64,000 nucleotides of DNA from Bacteroidales bacterium (GTDB taxonomy: Bacteria; Bacteroidota; Bacteroidia; Bacteroidales; WCHB1-69): positions 228 through 64,227 of the forward strand of contig JAFZZT010000014.1 of assembly GCA_017615595.1 (NCBI GenBank), in the 5' to 3' direction. The notes beneath the pieces were generated by a model. The model worked only from the letters and a program-made list of their open reading frames with translations. It searched no databases and had not been told where the DNA came from. Shown here one piece after another: positions 31,569 through 42,287 of this stretch. The stretch's first letter is position 1; every line of letters begins with the position of its first letter. The position numbers and the translations under genes were made by a program.

Positions 31569-33935
31569 TTAGCGGGCAACCGTGAATTTTTGGTTGATCA
31601 CGCCATTCTCGGTGTTCACTTTCACCATATAGACACCGTTAGCAAGGCTGCTGACGTTGACCTGGGTGTGAGTGTCGTTAGCATTCTGGCTCATAACAAT
31701 CTGCCCCATCATGTTCAACACTTCAACGGATTGGATATTGGAGTTAGCGGTTACATTCAGCATGTTGGAAGCGGGGTTCGGATAAACCACGATGTTGTTC
31801 TCCACATCCTCAATGCCAGCGCCTTCCGTCACTTGGAAGTTGTCGAAGTAGATGTAATACATGTCAGCATTGGACTCCACCTTGATGGCAACTTTGACAG
31901 TCTGGTTGGAGTAAGCACTGAGATCCACGCTCTTGGTTTGCAGACCAGTGGTGGAGACTGCTTGTGTAGGTGAAACATTGACAGCAGAAGAAACAGAGCC
32001 GCCTTCCGGAATCACCCAAACAGAGAATTTCTCAGGATAGCTAGCCGAAGCAATAGCATACTCAAAGCCAGCGTGCGCATCGTTAGGCAGCGTGATTTCC
32101 GGAGAAATCAGCCAATCCTCGGCACTGTTGTCGGAATTGTAGAAGTAAGCAGCGACACCGGTGTTCTCGCTGTCGTATGCCATGAATTGAATGGTTCTAC
32201 CATCGTTGTTAGCATCTACAATCTCCCAGCAAGGACGAGTGCTGGAATTCACGTCAAAGGTCTCGTAGAACGGGAAGGTGTTGATTACATTGCACTCCAC
32301 AGCAGTACCAGTCAAGGTGACAGTCTCGGAGGTGCCCGTAGTGGCGATGGTCACAGTTCCGTTGTGAGTACCAACAGTTGTCGGAGCATACTTCACTGTA
32401 ACGGTCGTAGAGATTAAAGATGTCGTGGCAGGGATGGTAACTGATGTGGAGTAGCTATTGCCATCCAATGAGAGAGAATACGGAGCATCCGTGGTGATGG
32501 TGACATCGCTGGAAGCGTTGACAACGTCAAGGGAGAAGGATGCTTCAGAGCTGGTGGCAACCTTGATGGTACCGAAATCTACGGCATCAGGATCGACTGT
32601 CATGATCTCAGAAGCGATGACGACAGAGAAGTTGTCCACATACAGTCTGTATTCGTCGGCATCGGAGGTACATTTAATGGCGATTCTATAGTTACCGACA
32701 AGATCGCTCAGTCCGATATATTGAGTCATAGGAGCTGTAGAGGTGTTCGTGACATTCACGGTGTTTACCAGCACGGAAGTGTCAGCGCCAAATGCGTAAA
32801 CCATGAAAGACTCAGGCCAAGTGGCAGAGGAGCACCAGTAGTCGAAAGATGCCATCTCATTGCCCGTTAACACGAATTCCGGGGAAATCAGATAATCGTT
32901 GGCTGCATTGGAGCTATTGTAAGTATAGTAAGCGTATCCTGCAGAAGGATCCATTGAAAAGGTAGAGCCGTCTTCGTTAGCATCCACAACGCTCCAGCAG
33001 TTGGCCATGCCAGCATTATCGAAACTGAAGTTATAGGGGAAAGTGGATACGGTACAATCAATGCCGTTACCAACGAGAGCAACCGTAGCAGAGGTGACAC
33101 CCGTGGAGGCGATGGTCATGCTGCCATTGCTGACACCTACAGCGGTAGGAGTGTAACGGACATACAAAGGAGCGCTCGTGGTGCTGCCAGTACCTGTGGT
33201 AGCGGTAAGGGTAGCCGTGGTACCGAAGGTGATGCCGTCAGCAGACACAGAGAAGGGAGCAGCGGTGGTAACCGTGATGTCGTTGGTGAGGGAGTAAGCC
33301 GTCACCGTCATGGACTGATCAGCGTTCATGCCTACAGGTGTCATGCCCAGGTCAAGAGTGTCGGGCATGCTGGCTAAAGTAGGAGCGCTGGGAACAGAAC
33401 CAAACATGAAATCATCAATGTTCAACCAGAACATATCCGTTACATTGTAGTGGCGAATAGCCACATAGATGTTCTGACCTGCATAAGCGTTCAAGCTGAT
33501 GGCCAAACGTTGATAATCGCTGGTGGAAACACCTTGATACACAGAGGTGAAATCCGTAGTGGCAGTTCCCGTGGTGGATACATACACACCAAACACCTCA
33601 GCAGAATAACTGGCATCCTGACCTCTGTACCAGAAGGAGACAGAGTCGCCGGCGCTCACTGCCAGTTGGGGAGTGATCAACCAGTTGTCGGGGGTCAACG
33701 CACCTACATAATTCACATAGGATGCAGAAGTGATACAAGCACTTCCTGAATGTGCATTGAAAGTACCAACGGTAGTTGAAGAAACCCAGTTGTAACCGTC
33801 GCCGTCCGCATCGATGGCGGTCCAGCCGGCAGGAACGGTAGCTCCTTCAAAATCCTCATTCAGGAATGAAACCTGTGCCTTGGCACAGAAACTCATCACA
33901 AATAAAGCGATGAACAATGTGAAAATCTTTTTCAT
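31569..33935 (-). CDS. T9SS-secreted adhesin with three cleaved-adhesin (choice-of-anchor J) domains
   Basis: GWTAIDADGDGYNW and LTPDNWLITPQL, two further D(Y/W)LISP repeats with Ig-like spacers, and a CTD (YPNPAS...GVYMVKV...KF). Confidence 0.88.
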   Translation of the reverse strand: MKKIFTLFIALFVMSFCAKAQVSFLNEDFEGATVPAGWTAIDADGDGYNWVSSTTVGTFNAHSGSACITSASYVNYVGALTPDNWLITPQLAVSAGDSVSFWYRGQDASYSAEVFGVYVSTTGTATTDFTSVYQGVSTSDYQRLAISLNAYAGQNIYVAIRHYNVTDMFWLNIDDFMFGSVPSAPTLASMPDTLDLGMTPVGMNADQSMTVTAYSLTNDITVTTAAPFSVSADGITFGTTATLTATTGTGSTTSAPLYVRYTPTAVGVSNGSMTIASTGVTSATVALVGNGIDCTVSTFPYNFSFDNAGMANCWSVVDANEDGSTFSMDPSAGYAYYTYNSSNAANDYLISPEFVLTGNEMASFDYWCSSATWPESFMVYAFGADTSVLVNTVNVTNTSTAPMTQYIGLSDLVGNYRIAIKCTSDADEYRLYVDNFSVVIASEIMTVDPDAVDFGTIKVATSSEASFSLDVVNASSDVTITTDAPYSLSLDGNSYSTSVTIPATTSLISTTVTVKYAPTTVGTHNGTVTIATTGTSETVTLTGTAVECNVINTFPFYETFDVNSSTRPCWEIVDANNDGRTIQFMAYDSENTGVAAYFYNSDNSAEDWLISPEITLPNDAHAGFEYAIASASYPEKFSVWVIPEGGSVSSAVNVSPTQAVSTTGLQTKSVDLSAYSNQTVKVAIKVESNADMYYIYFDNFQVTEGAGIEDVENNIVVYPNPASNMLNVTANSNIQSVEVLNMMGQIVMSQNANDTHTQVNVSSLANGVYMVKVNTENGVINQKFTVAR

Positions 33936-34134
33936 TTTTGAATAGATTTAGTTAATAAAAATGTTGATAATTAGTGTTTTAAAAAAGTATTTCCGTTTTT
34001 ATTTTTCCTGTAAAAACAAGTGGCAAAAATAACATTTTATAGTTAAAAATGCGAGGCTTTTTCCTGGATTTTTTTTGTATCTTGGGAAGCGCTAAAAAAA
34101 TGTATTTTTGCTCCCTATTTAGAGAAGAGAAACT

Positions 34135-35511
34135 ATGGATACCATCTGTGCCATATCAACCGCCCAGGGAGTCGGCGCCATCGCGGTGGTGAGGGCTTCC
34201 GGACCGCAGGCCTTTGCCATTGCCGACACGCTGTTCCATCAGGAGAGCGGCTTTGCCTCCTTGCCACCCCAGCAAGCCAAGTTCGCCCATCTGTATGACG
34301 GCGAGCAGTTGGTGGACCAGGTGGTGGTGCTCAAATATGCCGCCCCCCACTCTTACACGGGCGAAGACATGGTGGAGATCTCCTGTCATGGTTCTCTCTA
34401 CATCCAAAAGAAGATTCTGGAGATGCTGATAGAGGGTGGCTGTCGCATGGCCCTCCCAGGAGAGTTCACCCAGCGCGCCTTCATGAACGGCAAGCTAGAC
34501 CTGCCCCAGGCGGAAGCAGTCGGAGACCTGATCAGCTCCCAGAGCGAGACATCGCACCATCTGGCCATCAACCAGCTGCAAGGAGGCATCTCCAAGAAGC
34601 TGCATCTGCTGAGGGATTCTCTCGTTCAGGTAGCCTCGCTGCTGGAGTTGGAGCTGGACTTCAGCGAGGAGGATGTCACCTTTGCCAACCGGGAGGAACT
34701 CGACCGCCTGCTGACGGATATCGGCACGGAGGCTGAGCAACTCGCCCAGTCGTTCAAGATCGGCAATCTGCTGAAGACGGGCATACCGGTTGCCATCGTG
34801 GGCAAGCCCAACGTGGGCAAGTCCACCCTGCTGAACGCGCTGCTGCAACACGAGCGCGCCATCGTCTCGCAGGTGCCCGGCACCACGCGCGACACCATTG
34901 AGGACACGCTGACCTTGGGGGGTACCCTCTTCCGCTTTATCGATACCGCCGGACTGCGTACCACCAGTGACGAGGTGGAACAATACGGCATAGAGCGATC
35001 CTACGAGGCCGCCCGCAGAGCTGCCATCATCCTCTATCTCTGTGACAACACCCAGCAATCACTCCCCGAAATCTTGGATGACTTTCACCAGCTACAACAA
35101 CATGTAGATACACAAGACAAGCATATTATCTTTATTTTCAACAAAATAGATCTTGACCAAAACATCTCGGGCGGCCATATAGACATGATGGCAGATCATT
35201 ATCCCGCCATCGCCATCTCCGCCAAAAATCGACAATATATAGATTTGGTAGAAGATGCCTTGCTGGACTTCGTGGAGTCCCATCGTGTGCAAGATATGGC
35301 CCTGCTGACCAATGAGCGCCACTATGGCCTCCTGACGAGCATCGTCCAATCTATCGCTGATGCGCGTCAAGGTCTCGCTGGCAACATCCCCACCGACCTT
35401 TTAGTGGAGGACATCCGCGCCGCGCTCACCGACATCGGCACCCTGACTGGAGCAATCTCCACGGATGATATCTTAAACAATATTTTCGGACATTTCTGCA
35501 TAGGAAAATAA
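34135..35511 (+). CDS. mnmE: tRNA modification GTPase MnmE
   Basis: APHSYTGED, GEFTQRAF, GKPNVGKSTL, GTTRD, DTAG, NKID and FCIGK end. Confidence 0.97.
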   Translation: MDTICAISTAQGVGAIAVVRASGPQAFAIADTLFHQESGFASLPPQQAKFAHLYDGEQLVDQVVVLKYAAPHSYTGEDMVEISCHGSLYIQKKILEMLIEGGCRMALPGEFTQRAFMNGKLDLPQAEAVGDLISSQSETSHHLAINQLQGGISKKLHLLRDSLVQVASLLELELDFSEEDVTFANREELDRLLTDIGTEAEQLAQSFKIGNLLKTGIPVAIVGKPNVGKSTLLNALLQHERAIVSQVPGTTRDTIEDTLTLGGTLFRFIDTAGLRTTSDEVEQYGIERSYEAARRAAIILYLCDNTQQSLPEILDDFHQLQQHVDTQDKHIIFIFNKIDLDQNISGGHIDMMADHYPAIAISAKNRQYIDLVEDALLDFVESHRVQDMALLTNERHYGLLTSIVQSIADARQGLAGNIPTDLLVEDIRAALTDIGTLTGAISTDDILNNIFGHFCIGK

Positions 35512-35521
35512 ATTTGAACAG

Positions 35522-36217
35522 ATGACAGAGAATAAAAAATATGAATATGACTATTGGCGTCCGGCGGTGACCGTGGACAATGTGGTATTGAACTTTGACG
35601 GTACCCACCTGCGCATGCTCCTCATCCGCAGGAAAAACGAGCCTTACAAAGACCAGTGGGCTTTTCCTGGTGGGTTCCTTGATGAAGACGAGTCGCTGGA
35701 GGAAGCGGCCCAGCGGGAGCTTAAAGAGGAGACCGGTGTCAACAAGAAACCCTTCATCCAAATCGGTTCCTTCAGTCGGGTGGACCGCGACCCCCGGGGG
35801 CGCACCATCACCACCGCTTTCCTCACGCTGACCCGTTCTAACGAGACAAAGATCAAAGCCCAGGACGATGCGAAAGAGGTCAGCTGGTTCCCCGTCCACA
35901 ACATGCCGGCGTTAGCTTTCGACCATGAGGAGATTTTCCAGAAAGCCAAACTCATCTTGAAAATACTCTTCAACCTCTCCCCCATTCCATTCCTGCTGAT
36001 GAACGACCTCTTCACGCTTCCCGAGATGCAACGGCTCTACGCGGAAGTCTATGAGCATGACTTTGACCGGCGGAATTTCCAAAAGAAGTTCATCTCTTCG
36101 GGCATGCTGGCACCTGTCGCCCACGACAGCAAGGAGCGTGGCAATGCCCCCACCTTCTATCGTTTCAACCAAGGCGGGTTTTATGCTTACCAAAAGAAAA
36201 AATTCCATATTGGGTAG
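35522..36217 (+). CDS. NUDIX hydrolase with C-terminal wHTH (NrtR-like)
   Basis: WAFPGG...RELKEETG Nudix box, DRDPRGR, LAFDH and DRRNFQKK. Confidence 0.9.
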   Translation: MTENKKYEYDYWRPAVTVDNVVLNFDGTHLRMLLIRRKNEPYKDQWAFPGGFLDEDESLEEAAQRELKEETGVNKKPFIQIGSFSRVDRDPRGRTITTAFLTLTRSNETKIKAQDDAKEVSWFPVHNMPALAFDHEEIFQKAKLILKILFNLSPIPFLLMNDLFTLPEMQRLYAEVYEHDFDRRNFQKKFISSGMLAPVAHDSKERGNAPTFYRFNQGGFYAYQKKKFHIG

Positions 36218-36221
36218 CAGA

Positions 36222-37712
36222 CTACAGCTCTTTGCGTAATCTTGCCACCGGGATGTTTAACTGGTCGCGGTACTTGGCCACTGTCCGCCGCGCCACCGCA
36301 TAGCCTTTCTCCTGCAAGGCGGCGCACAAGGCCTCGTCAGATAGCGGTTTCTGTTTGCTCTCATGCTGCACCAGCTGCGTCAAGATGCTCTTGATCTCTT
36401 TGGAAGAGACCTCGTCATCATTCACCGCCTCTGAAAAGAGATGCTTGACCGGGATGATGCCGAAATCCGTCTGCACATACTTGCTGTTGGAGAAACGGGA
36501 GATGGTCGAGACATCCAACTTCACCTCAGCGGCTATCGTCTTGAGCACCATGGGCTTTAGCTGGCTGTCATCGCCGGTGAGGAAATAATCCAGTTGATGC
36601 TGCATGATGGCATACATGGTGTTGTACATGATCTTCTCCCTCAAACTCAACGTGTTGATGAAGAGTTCTCCCTTCTCCACATAGTCTTTGAGGAACTGTA
36701 CGGCATCGGCTTCCTTGCGCGACATCAATTTGCGGTTCTGCAATGGTTGGACAATTTCCTTGTTGATACGCACTTTTGGGATGTATTGATTGTTGAGGGT
36801 CAGGGTCAGCTTGTCGTCCACCGCGGTGATGATGAAATCGGGGGTGATATGGCTGCCCGACTTCTCCAGGTCGGTGTCGGAATCTACCGGTTTGGGATCC
36901 AGCGATCGTATCATCTTGAGAACCTGTTGCATGACATCATCATGGATGCCGAGGAGACTCATTATCTTGGCATAATGTTTCTTGGTGAAGAGATCAAAAT
37001 ATTGTTCCAGGATTAGGATAGCCAGGCGGGTGATCTCGGTCGGCTTCGATTGGCGACGCAATTGGATCAGCAGACACTCCTGAAGATTGCGGGCGCCCGT
37101 GCCGGGTGGGTCCAGCTCCTGCACATATTGCACCAGGATCCGTTCAACCTCAGCCACTGTCGTGTCGATGTTATGGTTATAGAGCAACTCGTTGGTCACC
37201 GCTTGCATGTCGAGGGTGAAATAACCGTCATCGTCTAAATTACCCATCAGATAGCAGGCTATTTTGCTCTCTTCGTCCGTCATGACCATCTCTCCCAGCT
37301 GGAGCATCCACTGTTCTCTGATGGACTCCTGATAAACGCCCACACTGTCGCGTCTGGGACGGTCTTCGGGGGCGTTGAGCCGTTGCAGCGTCCGCTCCGT
37401 CATGAAGTCGTCCATCTCCTCCTCATTGTAATACTCCTCGTTGAAGATCTCATCATTGTTCAGCGGCTCGGAGACTTCAAAGGGAACCCCGTTTTCATCG
37501 TATTCCGGTTCCGCGGCCTCTTCCTGCTGGGCATAGTCGTCTTCCACCGGGTCGCTCACGATCTCCAAGGCAGGATTCTCGTCCACCTCTTTCAGGATTT
37601 CCTGTTCCAAAGAGAGATAAGGCATCTCCACGAGTTGCATCAAGCGGATAGTCTGCTGGGTGGCTATCTGCTTTTGTTCGATTTTCTGCTGCAGTGTCTG
37701 CTTTGTCGGCAT
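36222..37712 (-). CDS. rpoN: RNA polymerase sigma-54 factor
   Basis: DPPGTGARNLQECLLIQL, STISR and RpoN box ARRTVAKYR. Confidence 0.96.
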   Translation of the reverse strand: MPTKQTLQQKIEQKQIATQQTIRLMQLVEMPYLSLEQEILKEVDENPALEIVSDPVEDDYAQQEEAAEPEYDENGVPFEVSEPLNNDEIFNEEYYNEEEMDDFMTERTLQRLNAPEDRPRRDSVGVYQESIREQWMLQLGEMVMTDEESKIACYLMGNLDDDGYFTLDMQAVTNELLYNHNIDTTVAEVERILVQYVQELDPPGTGARNLQECLLIQLRRQSKPTEITRLAILILEQYFDLFTKKHYAKIMSLLGIHDDVMQQVLKMIRSLDPKPVDSDTDLEKSGSHITPDFIITAVDDKLTLTLNNQYIPKVRINKEIVQPLQNRKLMSRKEADAVQFLKDYVEKGELFINTLSLREKIMYNTMYAIMQHQLDYFLTGDDSQLKPMVLKTIAAEVKLDVSTISRFSNSKYVQTDFGIIPVKHLFSEAVNDDEVSSKEIKSILTQLVQHESKQKPLSDEALCAALQEKGYAVARRTVAKYRDQLNIPVARLRKEL

Positions 37713-37719
37713 TTTTTTG

Positions 37720-37748
37720 AAAAATAGGGGCGTCAAAAACGCCCCTAA
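37720..37748 (-). terminator. Hairpin terminator between asnS and rpoN
   Basis: AAAA-TAGGGGCGT...ACGCCCCTA. Confidence 0.6.
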
Positions 37749-37767
37749 TGATTAATATGGATTATGT

Positions 37768-39165
<1,398 letters not shown>

Positions 39166-39174
39166 GCTTCCCTC

Positions 39175-40041
39175 CTAGTTCAAATATGATTGTAAAACGC
39201 GACATTTCGGGTTGTGACGCAGCTTGCGGATCGCCTTCTCTTTGATCTGGCGTACGCGCTCACGGGTGAGGTCGAACTGCTCGCCAATCTCGTCCAGCGT
39301 CATGGGGTGCTTATATCCCAAACCATAATAGAGCTTGAGGATGTCAGCTTCACGCTGCGGCAATGTCTCGATGATGCTGCCGATCTCGTGTTGCAGAGAC
39401 TCGTGAATCAAGGCAGTGTCTGGCGGTTCCACGCTCTCGGACGGATATACGTCGTAGAGGTTGGAATCATCGTCTTTGGTCAGCGTGGCGTCCATAGAGA
39501 GGTGACGCGGCGCATTCTTCAGCGACTCCTTCACCTCCGACTCGGTAAGGTCGAGACGCTCGGCAATCTCGGAAAGACGCGGTTCGCGCTGGAACTCTTG
39601 CTCCAAGATGGCGATAGTCTTGGTGATCTTGCTGATAGTGCCCACCTTGTTCATAGGCAGACGCACGATACGGGATTGTTCGGCGATAGCTTGCAGGATT
39701 GCCTGGCGGATCCACCATACCGCAAAAGAGATGAATTTGAAACCGCGGGTCTCGTCAAAACGGCGTGCAGCCTTGATCAAACCCAGATTGCCCTCGTTGA
39801 TGAGGTCTGAGAGCGTGATACCCTGGTTTTGATACTGCTTGGCCACAGACACAACGAAACGCAAGTTCGCATTTGTCAACTTCTCCAACGCATCCTCATC
39901 GCCCGCCTTGATCTTGCGGGCCAGCTCCGCCTCCTCATCTGCCGTCAACAACGGAACCTTTCCAATCTCATGCAGATATTTGTCTAACGAAGCAGTCTCG
40001 TTTCGGTTTGTAACCTGTTTGGTAATGTGTAATTGTCTCAT
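39175..40041 (-). CDS. rpoD: Primary sigma-70 factor (short Bacteroidota type)
   Basis: [31 protein letters not shown] and LTRERVRQI. Confidence 0.92.
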   Translation of the reverse strand: MRQLHITKQVTNRNETASLDKYLHEIGKVPLLTADEEAELARKIKAGDEDALEKLTNANLRFVVSVAKQYQNQGITLSDLINEGNLGLIKAARRFDETRGFKFISFAVWWIRQAILQAIAEQSRIVRLPMNKVGTISKITKTIAILEQEFQREPRLSEIAERLDLTESEVKESLKNAPRHLSMDATLTKDDDSNLYDVYPSESVEPPDTALIHESLQHEIGSIIETLPQREADILKLYYGLGYKHPMTLDEIGEQFDLTRERVRQIKEKAIRKLRHNPKCRVLQSYLN

Positions 40042-40107
40042 CTATATTCTTAGATTTTAAAGTCACGGCTTATCTTTACGAAAAAACCTTGTCAATTGTT
40101 ACACTTT

Positions 40108-41085
40108 TTAGAAGCTGTAGCCAATACCCAGGCCAACCACTTCTTTGAATTGTACGCGCGCGCGAGGGCCTTCGGAGTATTTACGCCATCCGGCACCGTC
40201 AATCTTCACCTGATCGTAGTACTTCAGAGAGGTCATCAAGCTGACGCTGAACACTTTCAAGAAGTTGTAGGTGACAGCCACATCCCAGTCCACGTCAAAG
40301 TTGCCGAATTTTTGCTGCTTGGAGGTGTACGGCGTAAACAACGTAACAGTGGAGATGACTTTCAGGTTCTTTGTCAGCGTGTAGTTGATGCCGCCATGGA
40401 TACGGAGACCTAAGGCAGCCATCACGGACTTGTATGTGCCGTCTTCATTCTGGGGAAGACCATAGTTGGGACGCAGCTCCTCTTCCAAGCAGGTGGTCAA
40501 ACGACCCGCCACAGGATACACACCGACTGTGAAGATGTCGTTGGGGCGGTATTCAACACCAAGGGCCAAATCCGTGTAGGACGGTGACAGCCATTTGGAA
40601 ATCAAAGTCTTGTCACCTGCTTCATTGTTGGCATAGGTATAGCCTGGGGCATATTGAGACTTGAAACTTCCCAACAGTGTCAGATACCATTGTGGATGCA
40701 TCTGGAAACCGCCTTTGGTTGTCAGGTTCAACTTGTCGTTGGACTTTCTCCACTTCGGATTCAGGTCAGAGGCGAACATCTCACCCAGTTCGGTGTCGAG
40801 GTTGGTGTCCCATGTCCATTTGTCTTTCTTGAAAGAGAGCGTCATATTGGCAAAGACAAAACCGGTTACGTTATTGTTACCACCGGCAGCCCAGTTGAAG
40901 AGAGCGGTCTGGGCGGCGTTCAACCCCACCGTACCTGTGAATTTCCAGTTTTTGGCACTGTCAATCTCAGCTGCTTTTACCGTTGTGGCCACGGCTGCGT
41001 CAGCGGCGGCTTTTTCTTCCACCTGAGCATTCAAAAGCACCATGGTGCTCAAACTCATGACAATAAGTAAAAATAGTTTTCTCAT
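40108..41085 (-). CDS. DUF3078 outer-membrane beta-barrel protein
   Basis: Signal peptide, NWAAGG, RKSNDKL and terminal GIGYSF. Confidence 0.85.
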   Translation of the reverse strand: MRKLFLLIVMSLSTMVLLNAQVEEKAAADAAVATTVKAAEIDSAKNWKFTGTVGLNAAQTALFNWAAGGNNNVTGFVFANMTLSFKKDKWTWDTNLDTELGEMFASDLNPKWRKSNDKLNLTTKGGFQMHPQWYLTLLGSFKSQYAPGYTYANNEAGDKTLISKWLSPSYTDLALGVEYRPNDIFTVGVYPVAGRLTTCLEEELRPNYGLPQNEDGTYKSVMAALGLRIHGGINYTLTKNLKVISTVTLFTPYTSKQQKFGNFDVDWDVAVTYNFLKVFSVSLMTSLKYYDQVKIDGAGWRKYSEGPRARVQFKEVVGLGIGYSF

Positions 41086-41108
41086 ACGAATTATTGTTTA
41101 GTGATTAA

Positions 41109-42284
41109 TTAATGATTCAGTTTGTTATAGGTTTTCCACCATTTGTCGGGAATGATGTCCTGACAGGCAAGGTTGTAATCTTTCTCCGAACAGGGAAGAT
41201 AGTATTTTTGTACGATCTGGCTGTCCTGCGACATGATGGGCACCACCATCCACCATCTGTTGGTCTTGCGGCTGCAATAGAAGACCATCTCGTCAAAGGC
41301 GCCGGAGACCTCGATGCTGTACTGGCGGTAGTGCTGCTTGTTGGAGAAGTCACTCTCCTTCTGACGATGCAGATAACCTTCCACAAAGTACCAGAGAATA
41401 TGGCCTATCAGCTGGGCAGTCTGCTTGTTGTAGTCCATAGTCGGATCAAACTCGAAGATGCCGAAGGAGGAGAGCTTGTCGCTCACACCTGCATATTTGG
41501 CAATCTGACAGATCTCTTCTCCGTAGAAGCCGTTGGAGGAAGCGTGGGGACACCCTGGAGCATCGGGGCGGCGCACCGCGGAGATGTCGATGGACATCAT
41601 GTCCGCATTCCGGACCAAAGGCTCGATGTCCTCCATGTTCTTGCGCATGGTACCGACACGATAGACCTCGAAAAGCAGATCCTCCATCAGCTTGGTGTTG
41701 GCAGGACTGTTCATGTAGATCTGATAGCCGATGTTGGCGTAATTCATCAAAAAGTTGGGCTGTTGCAGTACGATCTTATTCAGATAGGCGTCTGAGCGGA
41801 TCTCTTGATCCTCTTGGCCCAGATCGAAGCGTGGATCCACAGCCACCAGATTGACCACCCGTTCCAACTTCTCGTAAGCTTTGTAGTTGGCGAAGACCAA
41901 GTCGTTGCTTCCACCCAAGATGATGGGTATCACCTGGTTGGAAAGCATGTCGGCGATGATGTCCGTGAGAATGCTGTAGGTGTCTTCCACGGTATCGCCG
42001 ACTTTCAGGTTGCCCATGTCGATGATGCGCACGTTCTGGTTCCAGCGGTAGAGCTCATAGAAGGAACGGCGGATCTCGTCCGGGCCCAGGGAACAGTCGT
42101 CATTAAGGTAACTGTTGCGCGCCTCGGGCACACCGATGATGGCCAGCTCGGCATCTCCAATCTCCAACGGCTCCTCCGGATTGTAAAACAACACGGTATT
42201 CGCCAGCAGGTCGGGATGGATCATAGCCTCGCTAAAACCCAGCGTGTCAATATCAACCGGTTCAAACAGCAGTGAATAATCCAT
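41109..42284 (-). CDS. Arginase/formimidoylglutamase-family protein
   Basis: AIIGVPE, IIDMGNL, PIILGGSNDL and SIDISAV...APG...NGFYGEE. Confidence 0.85.
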   Translation of the reverse strand: MDYSLLFEPVDIDTLGFSEAMIHPDLLANTVLFYNPEEPLEIGDAELAIIGVPEARNSYLNDDCSLGPDEIRRSFYELYRWNQNVRIIDMGNLKVGDTVEDTYSILTDIIADMLSNQVIPIILGGSNDLVFANYKAYEKLERVVNLVAVDPRFDLGQEDQEIRSDAYLNKIVLQQPNFLMNYANIGYQIYMNSPANTKLMEDLLFEVYRVGTMRKNMEDIEPLVRNADMMSIDISAVRRPDAPGCPHASSNGFYGEEICQIAKYAGVSDKLSSFGIFEFDPTMDYNKQTAQLIGHILWYFVEGYLHRQKESDFSNKQHYRQYSIEVSGAFDEMVFYCSRKTNRWWMVVPIMSQDSQIVQKYYLPCSEKDYNLACQDIIPDKWWKTYNKLNH

Positions 42285-42287
42285 GAC

